Below are positions 27,831-39,230 of a DNA stretch of 64,000 bases, piece after piece. The position numbers were made by a program, and so were the translations under genes. The stretch comes from Girardia tigrina (lineage: Eukaryota), in the NCBI GenBank assembly GCA_001938485.1, contig MQRK01244224.1:21310-85309 (forward strand), written 5' to 3'. Positions within the stretch are counted from its first letter, which is position 1. The number at the start of each line of letters is the position of its first letter. The notes below the pieces were generated by a model, which saw only the letters and a program-made list of their open reading frames with translations, ran no database searches and had not been told where the DNA came from.

Positions 27831-28499
27831 TTGTAAATGATAAACTAGAGAAGAAGGATAAATGGATCACTACCGAGGAATCTCGAAACATTGATTCTCC
27901 TATCCAATTATAATTGTTACAAAGTTGAACTTATTTAACAATTGAATGATTTCAAGACTTCTAGAAGGAATTTATTCTGGGTATATATGCCTGTTTTGAC
28001 ATTATTCGGATAATATTATCCCAGAAGGAAAATAAAATTTGAGAGAAGTTTCACATGAAAAGTATAAAAAGGAAAGAGTTCTTTTGCTATATATTATTTT
28101 TGATGGAATTTTAATTCTTATTTGAATTCTGAAAAGTGATTAATATTAAAAACCGACTAAAAATCATTTACTTTCATGGTTAAAACAAAAAAACTTGTAG
28201 CAGCATAATTGTTGAACCGAATAATCTATTTTAACATACATATAAAATATTAAAAAGAATCAGAATGTCACTTGCACAAATTCCGTCATGTGACACCTAT
28301 GATATAGGTACTCAGTGCATGATGGTTCAGAAAGATGCTAAACTTATAAAGTTAAAAATTTGAGGATCAACGAATTGCACACATCAATAGATATTATAAT
28401 GCTAAGACAACGCGGAAGAAATGAAAGAAATAAAGACAAAAGCAAAACAGAAAATTAGCGACAGAACAGACTTTGAAATCGGAGTTTACAACAGAAGAA

Positions 28500-28700
28500 A
28501 GAATAAGACAGATGCATACTATGTTACAGTTACATAGTGGAACAGAGAAAATGACGAAATGTAGCAGAATATGTGATTGAATACTGTGAAGAATGTCAGA
28601 AGTTTATAACAATAGCGACCGTTACAAAGGAAGAACGACTGAAGTAGTCGCAAAACCATTTGAGAAGTTATATTTAGAGATATGCACACCATTTAAGGGG
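28500..28700 (+). mobile_element. Decayed Gypsy-type integrase fragment
   Basis: YCEECQK (zinc-binding end) followed by KPFEKLYLEIC, resembling the integrase core start PFxxxxxD. Confidence 0.5.
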
Positions 28701-30049
28701 ACTTGGAGAAATAAGATGTATTGTGGGCATGAGTGATTAGTGAAGCAATCACATCTGATTGAAGGCCATTGGTAATCAGAATGAAACAGCCATAAATTAA
28801 AACATGCTGAATAAATGTATAATTGTATTTATTTATCCTGAGGTCGATTGTTTTCGAAAAAAAAGAATTATTTTCAGTTAGTATTAGCATTATAAAATAA
28901 GAAATTGAAAGACGTTTTAACATTACTCCAGGAGCACTGGAAGCATTTCTAGCAGAAGATTTTCATGTAATAAAATTGTAATTCGAAAAAAAAGTTCGTT
29001 AAACGAAAATAATTTTTTCCAACAAACAAAAAGATGTCACATAGTTATAAATGAAGATTTTATTTTGATATCAATTTGATTGATCTTGAATTATATACGA
29101 CGATCGCGTTAATGGCGATGATGATTTATTAATTCCATAAATTTCTACTTCGTTGAGTCTCAACATCAATGATTTATTTATGATTTATTTCCAACAATTA
29201 TGATTTATTAATCACATAAACGTGTATCCTTTTTGATTAATTTAATCCTTCTGATTTAATATGCATTAATATACTTGTTTCATTCTTTCATATAGAAAAG
29301 CTAAATCTTAATAAAATACATAAAATCTACATGTAACACAACTCTGAATTATAATATCAACTTGTACGTATATTGTTGAAATGTGTCAAAGGATTTAGTT
29401 ATACGTTCCCTGAGCACACTTTTAGCAATAAATAAAATATAATTAAGTTTAATTAATAAAACTTATATGAACAAATAATAAATTATATCAAAAGGTTAGA
29501 AAGAAGAACTACAATATCACTGTTGTGTATCACAACATTTTCCTCTGTATAAAAAAGTTTTTGTCTTTCAAATTATTTTTTGAGGTGTAACAATTTTTTT
29601 AACGTGTAGAAAAACTATTAATTTTGTAATGTGTGGGAAAATTATTAACTTTTTTTAATGAATGAAAATTTGTTTTACTCAATCAAATAAATTATCGTGA
29701 AGTCGAATTGTTGTTTTTCAAATCAAGTAAACAAAATTTTTTGATAAATGATTGCTTCAAAAGCTCTGAACGAACGCGCCGCGAACGACGGCGTTTCTCA
29801 AATTGAACGATCGACCCGGTGAACAAACCAACCGACCACTGTATCGATTGTGTCAAAACCCGGGACAACTCAGGTCGAGTCGATATTCCAATTAATCAAA
29901 TTGTACAATAATCACAAACGGAGAAAAAGTTAGAGTATGAACAGTTAATGGTTTATCAGCTAGTTTCAGGATGTAATTCGTCACAGTTTAGTGTATTATA
30001 GTTCGATAATAAGGTCGTAATAATTGAGGTATCAAATGGATTGTGTAGA

Positions 30050-30660
30050 ATAGTAGTCTGATAATTATAGCAATGACAATATATTTCGAGTGGAATCTTG
30101 TCATAGAAAATAATATATCTTCAGTTAACATGAAGATAACATATTTATCGAAGATTTTTTTTAGATTGAATCGTCTTGCCAGTTGTTAACAGTTCAATGG
30201 AAGAAAGCAAATGTTTTGTCGCGAAATTGGAAAACGACAATGTGCTTCTTGATTCTGTTCATAAAATTGTATAAAATAAAGGAGATAACAGAAACTAGTA
30301 CAACTTCTCAAATTGCTCAACTTGACATCATTAACAAAATTTTGAATGTGTTGAAAATTGTCTATCGATTTATTGATGGTGAAGAATTTGCGGTTGAATA
30401 TGCTCTTAAGAATCTTTTCGATTCAGTGGGATCAAATTTGATGACACAGATTTGTACTTGGACAGTCCTACTTGCTGCTTGTTTGACCGTAACGAAGCCT
30501 TCGATAACAGTTCCTAAGTAATGAGATTGAATTTGTTACCATATTTGTTACCAAGAGAGCCCCTTTCAACGCCACTGTAGTCCGCTATTGCACTAATTCT
30601 GTGAACACTTAATAGTAATCCCACGCTTTAACTTTGCAAATATTATACCCATTTCATTAA
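30050..30660 (-). mobile_element. Possible decayed FLYWCH/MULE transposase N-terminus
   Basis: Weak GYxx..W-x-C..C..HxH-like pattern followed by a helical segment; heavily disrupted. Confidence 0.25.
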
Positions 30661-32296
30661 ATTATTTTCCTGCATTCTTTTTCAAAATTAAATTTACAAA
30701 GAAAATATAAATACAGGTATAAAGTTTACTACAAAAAATACATAACATTTTGTTTTGACGAAATTTTCATGTTTTAGAACTGTACACTCCACGATAACAT
30801 GATTTATATAATTATTATTTTAAATGTCATAAGCCGTATTATAATATTAATGAGATAAAGAGATAAAGATTCTTAATGCATATTTAATAATTATAATATA
30901 TTTCGTGTTTATCATGGAATCTCATTAATAACCTGAAATAGAACTTCTATTTTATAAACATAATTGGAAAAAAATATTATACATTAATTTAACTTAACTT
31001 TAAAAAAATAAAAATTAAATGAAAATATCCACTGAAAACAGAAAAGATGAGAAACCGATATTCTTCTTCAGTTGAAAATAGATTCCGCGATCCGTCGGAG
31101 GCAGCCGAGAATGAGCCTCTGCCAAACATAACTCTTTCATTTCCGCTGACAAACGCCCTCAATCGATGTTTATTATTTCCTGTAACTCTCAAGAACATAA
31201 ATCTCAACTTCTGGAACTATTATTTCTTTATTATTTTATAAATTGAACTTAATTTATTTTCTTATTTAAAGATGTTTTCTCAATTATGAGAGAAATCTTT
31301 TTATTTTGATGTTTTTAAATTATTTATTTCATGAATTTTTATTATTCGTGGAGGAATTTTTTAGACTAAATAAATTACTATTTTTTATAAATATCTCAGA
31401 GACTATTATTAAAATTTTACTAATGCAATTTGTACAATGTTTACCAATTTTAAATATAAAACTAAGATATTATAATCGTTCCACAATAATAATAATATTA
31501 ATAATAATAATAATAATAGTATTAATATTAATAATAATGTCAGGTTAAATGTATAAGTAATTATAATATTATGATTATGAAGGGTTAATTTAAATTCGCA
31601 TTTCGCCAAAATAATTTATTATTATTTTAATTTAAAAGTTAAAAAAAGCAAATAAATACAAAAGTTTAAAATTAAAAATAAAAATATTTTTATGTTAATA
31701 TGTTTATTAAATATCTTAAAATTAAAAATGATAAGAAAGTCATTAAAGAAAGATTAAATACATATTTATAAATAAAAATATTTTTACAGTTATAACAATT
31801 GATATATTTTAATCGAAGTTATGAAACAATTTCAAATAAATTTCAAAATAAATTTTCAGTTTTCATGTTAAAATTATTTTATAAATTTAAAGTTTTAAAA
31901 TTTGCGAAATTTTAAAAATTGAATCAAAAAAAATTTAATAGATTAATTTTTGGCGAGATAATTGAATTAACAAAAAAACTTTGCTTAAATATATGAATTG
32001 TTGGTATTATTAAAATTTTGATGTTAAATTATGAGTCTTGATTTTAGTGATAATGAAAGTGGTATAAGAGCTACTTACAATGATAATTGAAGAATAACTA
32101 AATGTAAACTTTCAAGCTTTTGAAAATAAAAATAGCAAATGAAAGTTGACACTTTTGCCTCTAATTAGTTCGGAGTACCCGATCGTTATTTTCGGATAAC
32201 ATTATATAATTGTTTATAATAAACTTTGTATTTTTTTAAATATTAATTTAGACAATATTTTACTGATATCCTCCATGAAATATAAAATAAACTCAC

Positions 32297-32452
32297 CAAA
32301 TAAGTAAGATATGAAATCTTTGGGAGACATTGATTGACAACAAATTTGAAGGCCACTAAGGTTAAAACCAACGTAAACGTTAGTTGTAAACGATTTTGAG
32401 GAAGGCTTTTTTCAACTGCAAAGGTAACCAAAGATAGCGAACAAATTAAAAA
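32297..32452 (-). CDS. Pentameric ligand-gated ion channel exon (end of M1, M2, M2-M3 loop)
   Basis: Acceptor ttttttag and donor gtgagt; 156 nt, phase 0/0: FLICSLSLVTFAVEKSLPQNRLQLTFTLVLTLVAFKFVVNQCLPKISYLTYL. M2 has R0' and L9', followed by the LPKISY motif. Confidence 0.93.
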
Positions 32453-32559
32453 CTAAAAAAAATACTATGATTAAGTATAAATAAATATATATAATTGAAT
32501 ATGTTAATAAACAGAATATATAAAACTGATCAAAATTGCAAACGAAAAATCGTAAGTAA

Positions 32560-32990
32560 GCTTCAGTAAAATAATTTGTTAAACTGGTTTCTTAATACAA
32601 ATCTACGATTAATAATGCTTTTAATGGTATACTTTCAATAAGTTTTAACTGGACGGAAACCGCATCTCCATATTAAACTTTTTTTGGTCGACATCATCTA
32701 AACTCGTGTGCAAACAATACGTCGAATTATCACTCCGAAAGCCTTTTACTTTCTCAGAAATAATGTCATTTTGAAGGATTTATACCGAAACCCCCTTTTA
32801 CCAAATTCATTAGATGTAAAGACAATTTTGTCGCCATTTTTTGTAAAATCAATTCCTAAATCAGCAATCTTTTTTTTACTTAATAGAGCTTGATTCGGCC
32901 GAGTGTAACGAGATTTATTATTACTGTTTTTAATTTCTTTTAAATCGATTCTTCGTACCAGTTCTATAACCATAACTTTCGCTAACTTTT
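32560..32990 (-). mobile_element. Possible decayed non-LTR reverse transcriptase fragment
   Basis: KNGDK...IIRRIVCTR...WRCGFRPVKT resembles KKGD...II..RL...QxGFRxxRST of RTE/CR1-type RTs. Confidence 0.35.
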
Positions 32991-33199
32991 TTTTATAAAC
33001 ATCCGGTAATGCATTTCTCTTTTGAATTATTTAACCTGGTGGCACCTATCACATCTCTAGGTAAATAGAAAACAATAAAAGCATCTTTTATAATATTGAA
33101 ATTGATTGTTCAAAAGTAAAATGAGCCCAATTGATATGTGTTATTGAACCTTTCAATATATTTTTTGATGTAAGAAGCCAAAAAAAATATATAAATTTA

Positions 33200-33550
33200 G
33201 ACGAGGTGCGTTCAAAAAGTACCTTATCAATGAAAACGAATTTTAAATTATAACACAAAACAACCATCCAGCTCCTTCAATTGTGGCCTCCAAAATGCTA
33301 GTTGTGCGCACTGGCGCATTGTTGGAGAGAAACCAAAGTCGCGTGTTGTTCTGCTTCATATTTTTTCTGGCGATTGCTACGATTTGGCTGTAATAGGCAG
33401 CGTTAATGTTGATGACTTTATCCGTGAAATCCACGAGAATAACATTTTTAAGATCTCAGAAAACGGAAAGAAACATTGCGCGCCTATTGCTTGTTTCTGT
33501 TTGCGTCTTTAAAGACGTCTTCTCTCCAGACAGTTTTTACTCTGCTGACT
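33200..33550 (-). mobile_element. Mariner 3' half (internally deleted), split from its 5' half
   Basis: TIR acgaggtgcgttcaaaaagt and DFTDKVININAAYY..NNAPVRT; nucleotide homology to about 46600-46855. Confidence 0.75.
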
Positions 33551-33670
33551 AATGCTTCAAACAAATAATGTTTCAAACAAATAAATATTGAATCGGATTT
33601 CATTCTGAAGTAGGGGAAAAATAAGCATTCGACATCAATCGATAATTGACCCCTCCTGGAGGTGTTACCC

Positions 33671-33989
33671 GTTTACATGGTAACGGTTACCATAGCAACG
33701 GCTCCGGTTACCTTTGCAACGGTTTCAGTTATCTTAGCAACGGTTCGGGTTCACTTGGCAAAGTACTTGGCAACGCTTTTGATTGGTTCCCGGCACCCTA
33801 GCAACGTTTCCGATTGCCATGGAAACGATTCTGATTGGTTCCTTAGCCTAGGCAACAATGGTTTCAGTTTCCTTAGCAACGGTAACTAAGGGACCGTTTT
33901 CATTAGCAACGAATACAGTAATTCAAGGCGGTTATAAACATGGTAACGGTAACCGTATCCATAGCAACCGTGACCTCTTTCTTAGCAAC
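33671..33989. repeat. Array of about 14 RFX X-box-like motifs with two inverted CCAAT boxes
   Basis: Examples: GTTACCATAGCAAC (33686), GTTACCTTTGCAAC (33707), GTTATCTTAGCAAC (33728), GTTTCCTTAGCAAC (33867), GTATCCATAGCAAC (33955); GATTGG at 33781 and 33833. Confidence 0.8.
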
Positions 33990-34466
33990 CGTAGAAGAAA
34001 GTGCTAATGGATCGCTGCACAGTGCCCAAATGTGCTAATCAATACTGCATATTTTTAATGTGTTAGCACAGTGCTTTTCAAGCTGCACATGTGCAAAAGT
34101 GCAAAAATCAATACATAAAAATTTTTAAAAGTGCTAGTGTCAAAAATCAATATCATGTGTTTGATGCACATTTTGATTCTTTATCTGAATTTGCAATTTG
34201 AATTCTCGTATATTGATAAACTTTTCCTATAATTAACAAGATGTGCAAAATTACACAAAAAACACATCGATTTAAGAGGTACAAGGAAGCAGAATATCAA
34301 AAAAGTGCTCATGCACTTGAATAGGAACCCATATATGTACCTTCAGATGCCATGTCAACATTTTCGAAAAAGTGCTGAAATATTGATTTATTCGAACATT
34401 TCTGAAATTCTCAAAANNNNNNNNNNNNNNNNNNNNNNNNNNNNNNNNNNNNNNNNNNNNNNNNNN

Positions 34467-34507
<41 letters not shown>

Positions 34508-34599
34508 TTTTATATGTTATATTTTATAAATGATATATAATAAAAGTTGTTGTGGACAAGGCTTTGAATAAAGATATAACAATATATTTGAAACACAAC

Positions 34600-34942
34600 T
34601 TACATAGTTGTAAACGAAATATAGTGAAAAACACGTGTAACAAAATCCTTATATTTTAAATCTCTCAAACCTGATTTGAAGTAGTCTTTTTCAAAGAATT
34701 GATATTAATAGGCTCACCATAATCACATGTCACTGTTATAGATTGTATAGTAACATTAGTGATATTGTAAGGTAAAGTGGATAGATAGGTTGTTTACATC
34801 ACATTATTTGACATTTTCCATTGCGGAAGAATATGATGGTGTACTCCGGAAAGTGTAACACATATTTACACGGTTTAGTACCAAAATGGAGATCTTTCAG
34901 ACAATCGCCAGTAAATCCTTTATAATTGATATTACGCAGCAT
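34600..34942 (-). pseudogene. Small intronless TBP-like (TATA-binding protein fold) gene, decayed
   Basis: MLRNINYKG...TIIFFRNGKCQIM*CKQP../..NITNVTIQSITVTCDYGEPINI../..GLRDLKYKDFVTRVFHYI mirrors TBP ALIFSSGKMVCTGAK...FKIQNMVGSCDVKFPIRL. One TGA falls at the conserved Gly; frameshifts and an apparent internal deletion. Confidence 0.65.
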
Positions 34943-35162
34943 TTTTTGTTAAAAATGAATATCAATGTATTCATTTCAATTCAAATTCCTGCCTTTTGAC
35001 TATTTATTAAAAGTGATTCATTAAAACAAATTAATAACAAGTGTTTGTCTCCCAAAGATTTCATATCTTACTTATTTGTTTTATTATATTTAAAGTAATA
35101 AGTAATATTAATATAATAGTGTGTTTTGTTTTAATGCATCAAATAAAATAAATACAATAAAC

Positions 35163-35909
35163 ATGATGAGATATCGTAACATCCAGACATTTTGTCATTA
35201 TTTGAAAATCCGTTTGACAAATCAAGTTGCTCCTGCTAAAATGAAGTGGAAGTTTAAAACCTTCAATGAACTTAACCAGGTAACTGAAGAAAAGAAGATT
35301 GATGATGAGACAGTTAATGGACCTAACCAATTAACTGAAGAGATAAATGCTGATCAACCTAAGCTAGTCGAACCAGCCAGGCCAGTAGGGTGGCCTAGAC
35401 TAATCAAACTGCCCAGGTTAGTTGGGCAATCAATAGTAGTCCAGGCTAGCCTAGGCACTCAGACAACCAAGGATATTCAGGCGCCAATTACTGAAGCCCA
35501 GGTTAGTCAGGCTAACCAAGCTAGTTATTTTCAACCAAAACAAAGAGATGCTCCACAAAAATCTTCATCACTTTGGGTTTCTACATCAACAACATATAGA
35601 GGTTATCAGATTAACTTGTTGAAATATCCAAAATCAATTAAATTGAGAGATCCGGTATATGTTAGAAAGACCAAATTTAGCTCTCATGTAGAAGACATTA
35701 GTTATCGCAATTATGATATTTTGAATGTAGCCCTACAAGAAGTAGGAACAAGACCAGATGAAAAGCTGAGTGAACACCGAGAACAATTTTTTCGATCAGA
35801 TGATGGATTAAAATTCAGAGATTTTATGGACCATGAAAAACAACAATGGACTTTTCTCATTATACTATGGCATTTATCAAAATATGCATGCAAGGTAGAA
35901 AAGAAATAG
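35163..35909 (+). CDS. Orphan intronless ORF (248 aa from first ATG), probable Polinton accessory gene
   Basis: Longest gap-free ORF in the window, with a low-complexity Q/P/A/E middle. Lies between the TBP-like gene and pPolB; no recognisable motif. Confidence 0.5.
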   Translation: MMRYRNIQTFCHYLKIRLTNQVAPAKMKWKFKTFNELNQVTEEKKIDDETVNGPNQLTEEINADQPKLVEPARPVGWPRLIKLPRLVGQSIVVQASLGTQTTKDIQAPITEAQVSQANQASYFQPKQRDAPQKSSSLWVSTSTTYRGYQINLLKYPKSIKLRDPVYVRKTKFSSHVEDISYRNYDILNVALQEVGTRPDEKLSEHREQFFRSDDGLKFRDFMDHEKQQWTFLIILWHLSKYACKVEKK

Positions 35910-36334
35910 ATGGCGATAATTATCCAATATGAAAATTGTCAGAAATTTGTTGTATTTAATTGTTGATGTAAGTTGTATTGATGTGTTAATAAATATTTTA
36001 ATAATTTAGTCTTGATTTCATAACAAAAATAGGTTAATACATTTGTTAATATGGATTTAGAAACATAAATGAATTATCTATTAGATACATCAAAGCTGAA
36101 TTTAGAAATGAATGGATAAATGTTATACTTATTAATATTATCATCAAGAGTTGTACGTTAATAAATGTTTTCCATGTTATTTTCTGTAATGATTATTTAA
36201 TTTACCTATAATTGAATTAAAACTTAACAAGTCTTAATTTATTTTTTTAATTTTAATTTATTTTTTTAATTTAATTTTTAACAACATACAACATTTATTT
36301 ATTTACATATGTACAATACATACAAGTGGATCAT

Positions 36335-36823
36335 TCACAAGAAATAATGTCCGTGAGGTAGTGTACTTATCCCATCTGTCAAAATATGTCGTTTATCGTC
36401 AAACCAGTCCAGGCTTTTCTTCCGCATCATTACTGTAGAGACTTGATATTCTCTTGATTGAATCCTTCGCATTTCAGAAATTATATTGATTTGTTTCCGT
36501 AGCACTCTCATATAATCATGGAATCCGATTTGGTTTGCTAACGTTACCCCTTGAACTCCCTTGGCCCTCTTTTTGATCTTACCATCCACATCAATGTCAT
36601 ACATCTCAGACCGTAGTGTTACGAATCTAAAGATGATTTGACCATTGACTTCATCCTTAAACTTTCCAAGGACCTTTTTATTTGATGTTGAATAATTTTG
36701 ATGGTCCTTTGGACAGTCTGAAGTATCCATATGTTGAGTCATTTGAAAAAACTCCGCAAACATATCTTCTGTATGAATCTGATAGACAAAGCTATCAGTA
36801 TCCATATACATTAGCTGTAAATC
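36335..36823 (-). mobile_element. Protein-primed family B DNA polymerase C-terminus (Polinton/adintovirus-like)
   Basis: LMYMDTDSF, NKKVLGKFKDE, LRSEMY, KRAKGV and DDKRHIL..STLPHGHY are typical Polinton pPolB motifs; the 5' part is missing. Confidence 0.9.
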
Positions 36824-36839
36824 CTACTACATTCCAAGT

Positions 36840-37275
36840 AGTTTCAATCATTTTACCGGCCAAAAAGTGGGGTACGAATCTGTAGCACAGTTTTCTGATA
36901 ACCGTTGATTTCAATTTGGTTTGGGCTGTACAAACACTGATGTTGACATTCATTGACCGTATTTTCATGGTAATACGCAGGTTATCTTCGACTATCTTCT
37001 CCAATTTTCCATCAACTGTATCAAAATTTCTTGTGCCCGACATAATTTTTCTTCATCAAAAACAGAGCTGCTACATCCTTATTTGTAAATATAATGCACC
37101 CTATCGCCCTCGAAAGAAAACGTGTAAACCTAGCATCCGTGCCGCAAACCATATGTTCATTTTAAAAGCTTATTCCTTAGGTTTTATATATTATTAATGT
37201 ATGAAATTGACTTATTGGTTAAATGTATTGATCATTAATTTCCGAACAATTTATTTGGGTAACCTGTAACCACTT
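36840..37275 (-). mobile_element. Mariner 5' half, partner of 33200-33550
   Basis: KLEKIVEDNLRITMK..NISV..RKLCYRFVPHFL; nucleotide homology to about 46975-47170. Confidence 0.75.
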
Positions 37276-38073
37276 AAAGCCAAAAACCGAGAACCAAGAA
37301 AGATAAAAAATTACATCAAAAATTAAAACTTTGATTTACAATTTACATGAGATACCCAAAACTCAACAATAAAAAAAGAGAAAAAAATATAATTAATTTT
37401 GAAATAAAAGAAGATTGTTATGAAAATATTGAGACATGAAATTTAAATTTCTATGAAAAACCTTTTTTTTTAAATTTATATGAGAAAAACATTTTCTCTT
37501 TTTTCATAAATTATATATTATTAATACGAAGTCATTAAAAATGCAAATTAAATTCAAAGCAAAAAAATAATAGATTTATTCTATAAGAAACATACTCCAA
37601 ATTCTTCCCATAAATTTTCTCTAAAGAAGCAAAACATCATTCCCAATTGAGACATATTTTAAGTAAATATCCCCTCAAAGAGAACAAATTTTCAATGAAG
37701 TACATCTCTAAGCTTATGGAATATATTAATTTAATATTTTCTTAAAATTATTGAAATTTATTTTACAAAATAAATAATCATTTTATCATAAGTCCGCAAA
37801 ACACAATGTTTGGTGCAACATCAAATTTAACTTAGAGACTGAACGGAGGTAGCAGAGTCATGATTTGGCTGTGGATCGTATTAGACCCATTTTTTGTTTT
37901 TCAGGTTAGAAATATTTTGACTCATCATTATTGTTTTTGACACTAAATCAATTTTGTGGTTTTCGAGAAAAATAAACGGACCAAAAAATATATATTTTAA
38001 ACAAAAATCAATAATAATATGTTCGAAATAATTCAAAATCAAATAAATATTGTTTCGTTATTAATTTCGTTTC

Positions 38074-38182
38074 ATAGTGCAAGCTATTTTAAAGCATGGG
38101 AAGAAACTATAATCAAAATATTAAAATAAATATATGAAATAAAAAATAACAGATTATATTTAGTTTTAGGATGAAGTTTCAA
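38074..38182 (+). repeat. About 109-bp direct repeat, copy 1 (copy 2 at 39247-39355)
   Basis: atagtgcaagctattttaaagcatggg...gatgaagtttcaa occurs twice with 2 differences. Confidence 0.85.
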
Positions 38183-38809
38183 AATAGAAAACTTCTATAG
38201 TTAAATTATTCAAAATTCAGAATGTTTAATTCAAAAAAAATTGTTAAATTAATTTGACAATAAAAATCGAGAATAAAATTCGTTTCAAAATTAAAAAGTG
38301 ATTAAATGAAAGTTAATTAAAATCCGTTTATGACTGACGAAGTTCGCTCTGATTAGTTAACCAATCAGAGCGAGCTAATCGACTCAATTATATTGAATTA
38401 TTACAGCTTTTCATTTGAATCATCGATCAACTTTACATGAACAACGACTCTTTTTTCAGGTTTAATTAAAATCAATTAATGCTGAATAATTCTTTTTTAC
38501 TGCAGCAATTTTTTTCCTAAATTATTTTTAACTTAAATTTAAATTTTTAAATTTTTTAATTATTTTAATTATCTTTTACATTATTTATCATATTTATATA
38601 CACATAAAATGTAAGCAAAAAATTAAATAAAATACGAATTAGGTTTTCGAACAACAAATATGGAACATAATTGAATATTGAGATGGTCTTTGGGTAGGAG
38701 AGAAGAAGGACATTTGTATATAAATAATTATTTAAATAAATAAACAAATATTAATCTCAAATTCTGAAACACATAATTAATTAGTAAATCAAAAAAGTTT
38801 TTATATGCA

Positions 38810-39230
38810 TGCTTTATACGGACAGAGCTCTATTTGGCAAACAAAATTTATTTTAGATATCTTTTATAGAAAGGAAAATTACTTTTACATTTTTTAATAA
38901 ATTAATTATGTTATTAGTAACAATTTAAATATTTTGTCGAAGGGAAAATTCCCTCGAAAATTTTTTACAGCTCCATTTTGCAATTACATAGTTACTAATA
39001 ACATAATAAATTTATTATAAAGCATGGAAGGAAAAAAACCAAAACATTTCTATTTAATACAATTTAAACATTTATGGATAATCGTAAAACGTTTTTTTGC
39101 ATATATTTTTTGATTTACTAGTTTGATCAAATTTTCACATTATCATTATTTGTCATCGAGAATGAGTGAGTGTGCAAAGTTTGGAGAAAATTTATTTAGT
39201 AAAAAGCATTCAAAAATAGGTTTCTAAATT
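38810..39230 (-). repeat. Repeat family A, variant copy
   Basis: Matches 13690-13810 plus 14590-14843 and ends in ggtttctaaatt. Confidence 0.65.

Noticed and set aside
33662-33889. 75-aa ORF over the X-box array; also considered as a CRISPR-like array
   Set aside because: The ORF is a by-product of the 21-bp period. Repeats are degenerate 14-mers with mostly very short spacers, there are no cas genes, and the context is eukaryotic.
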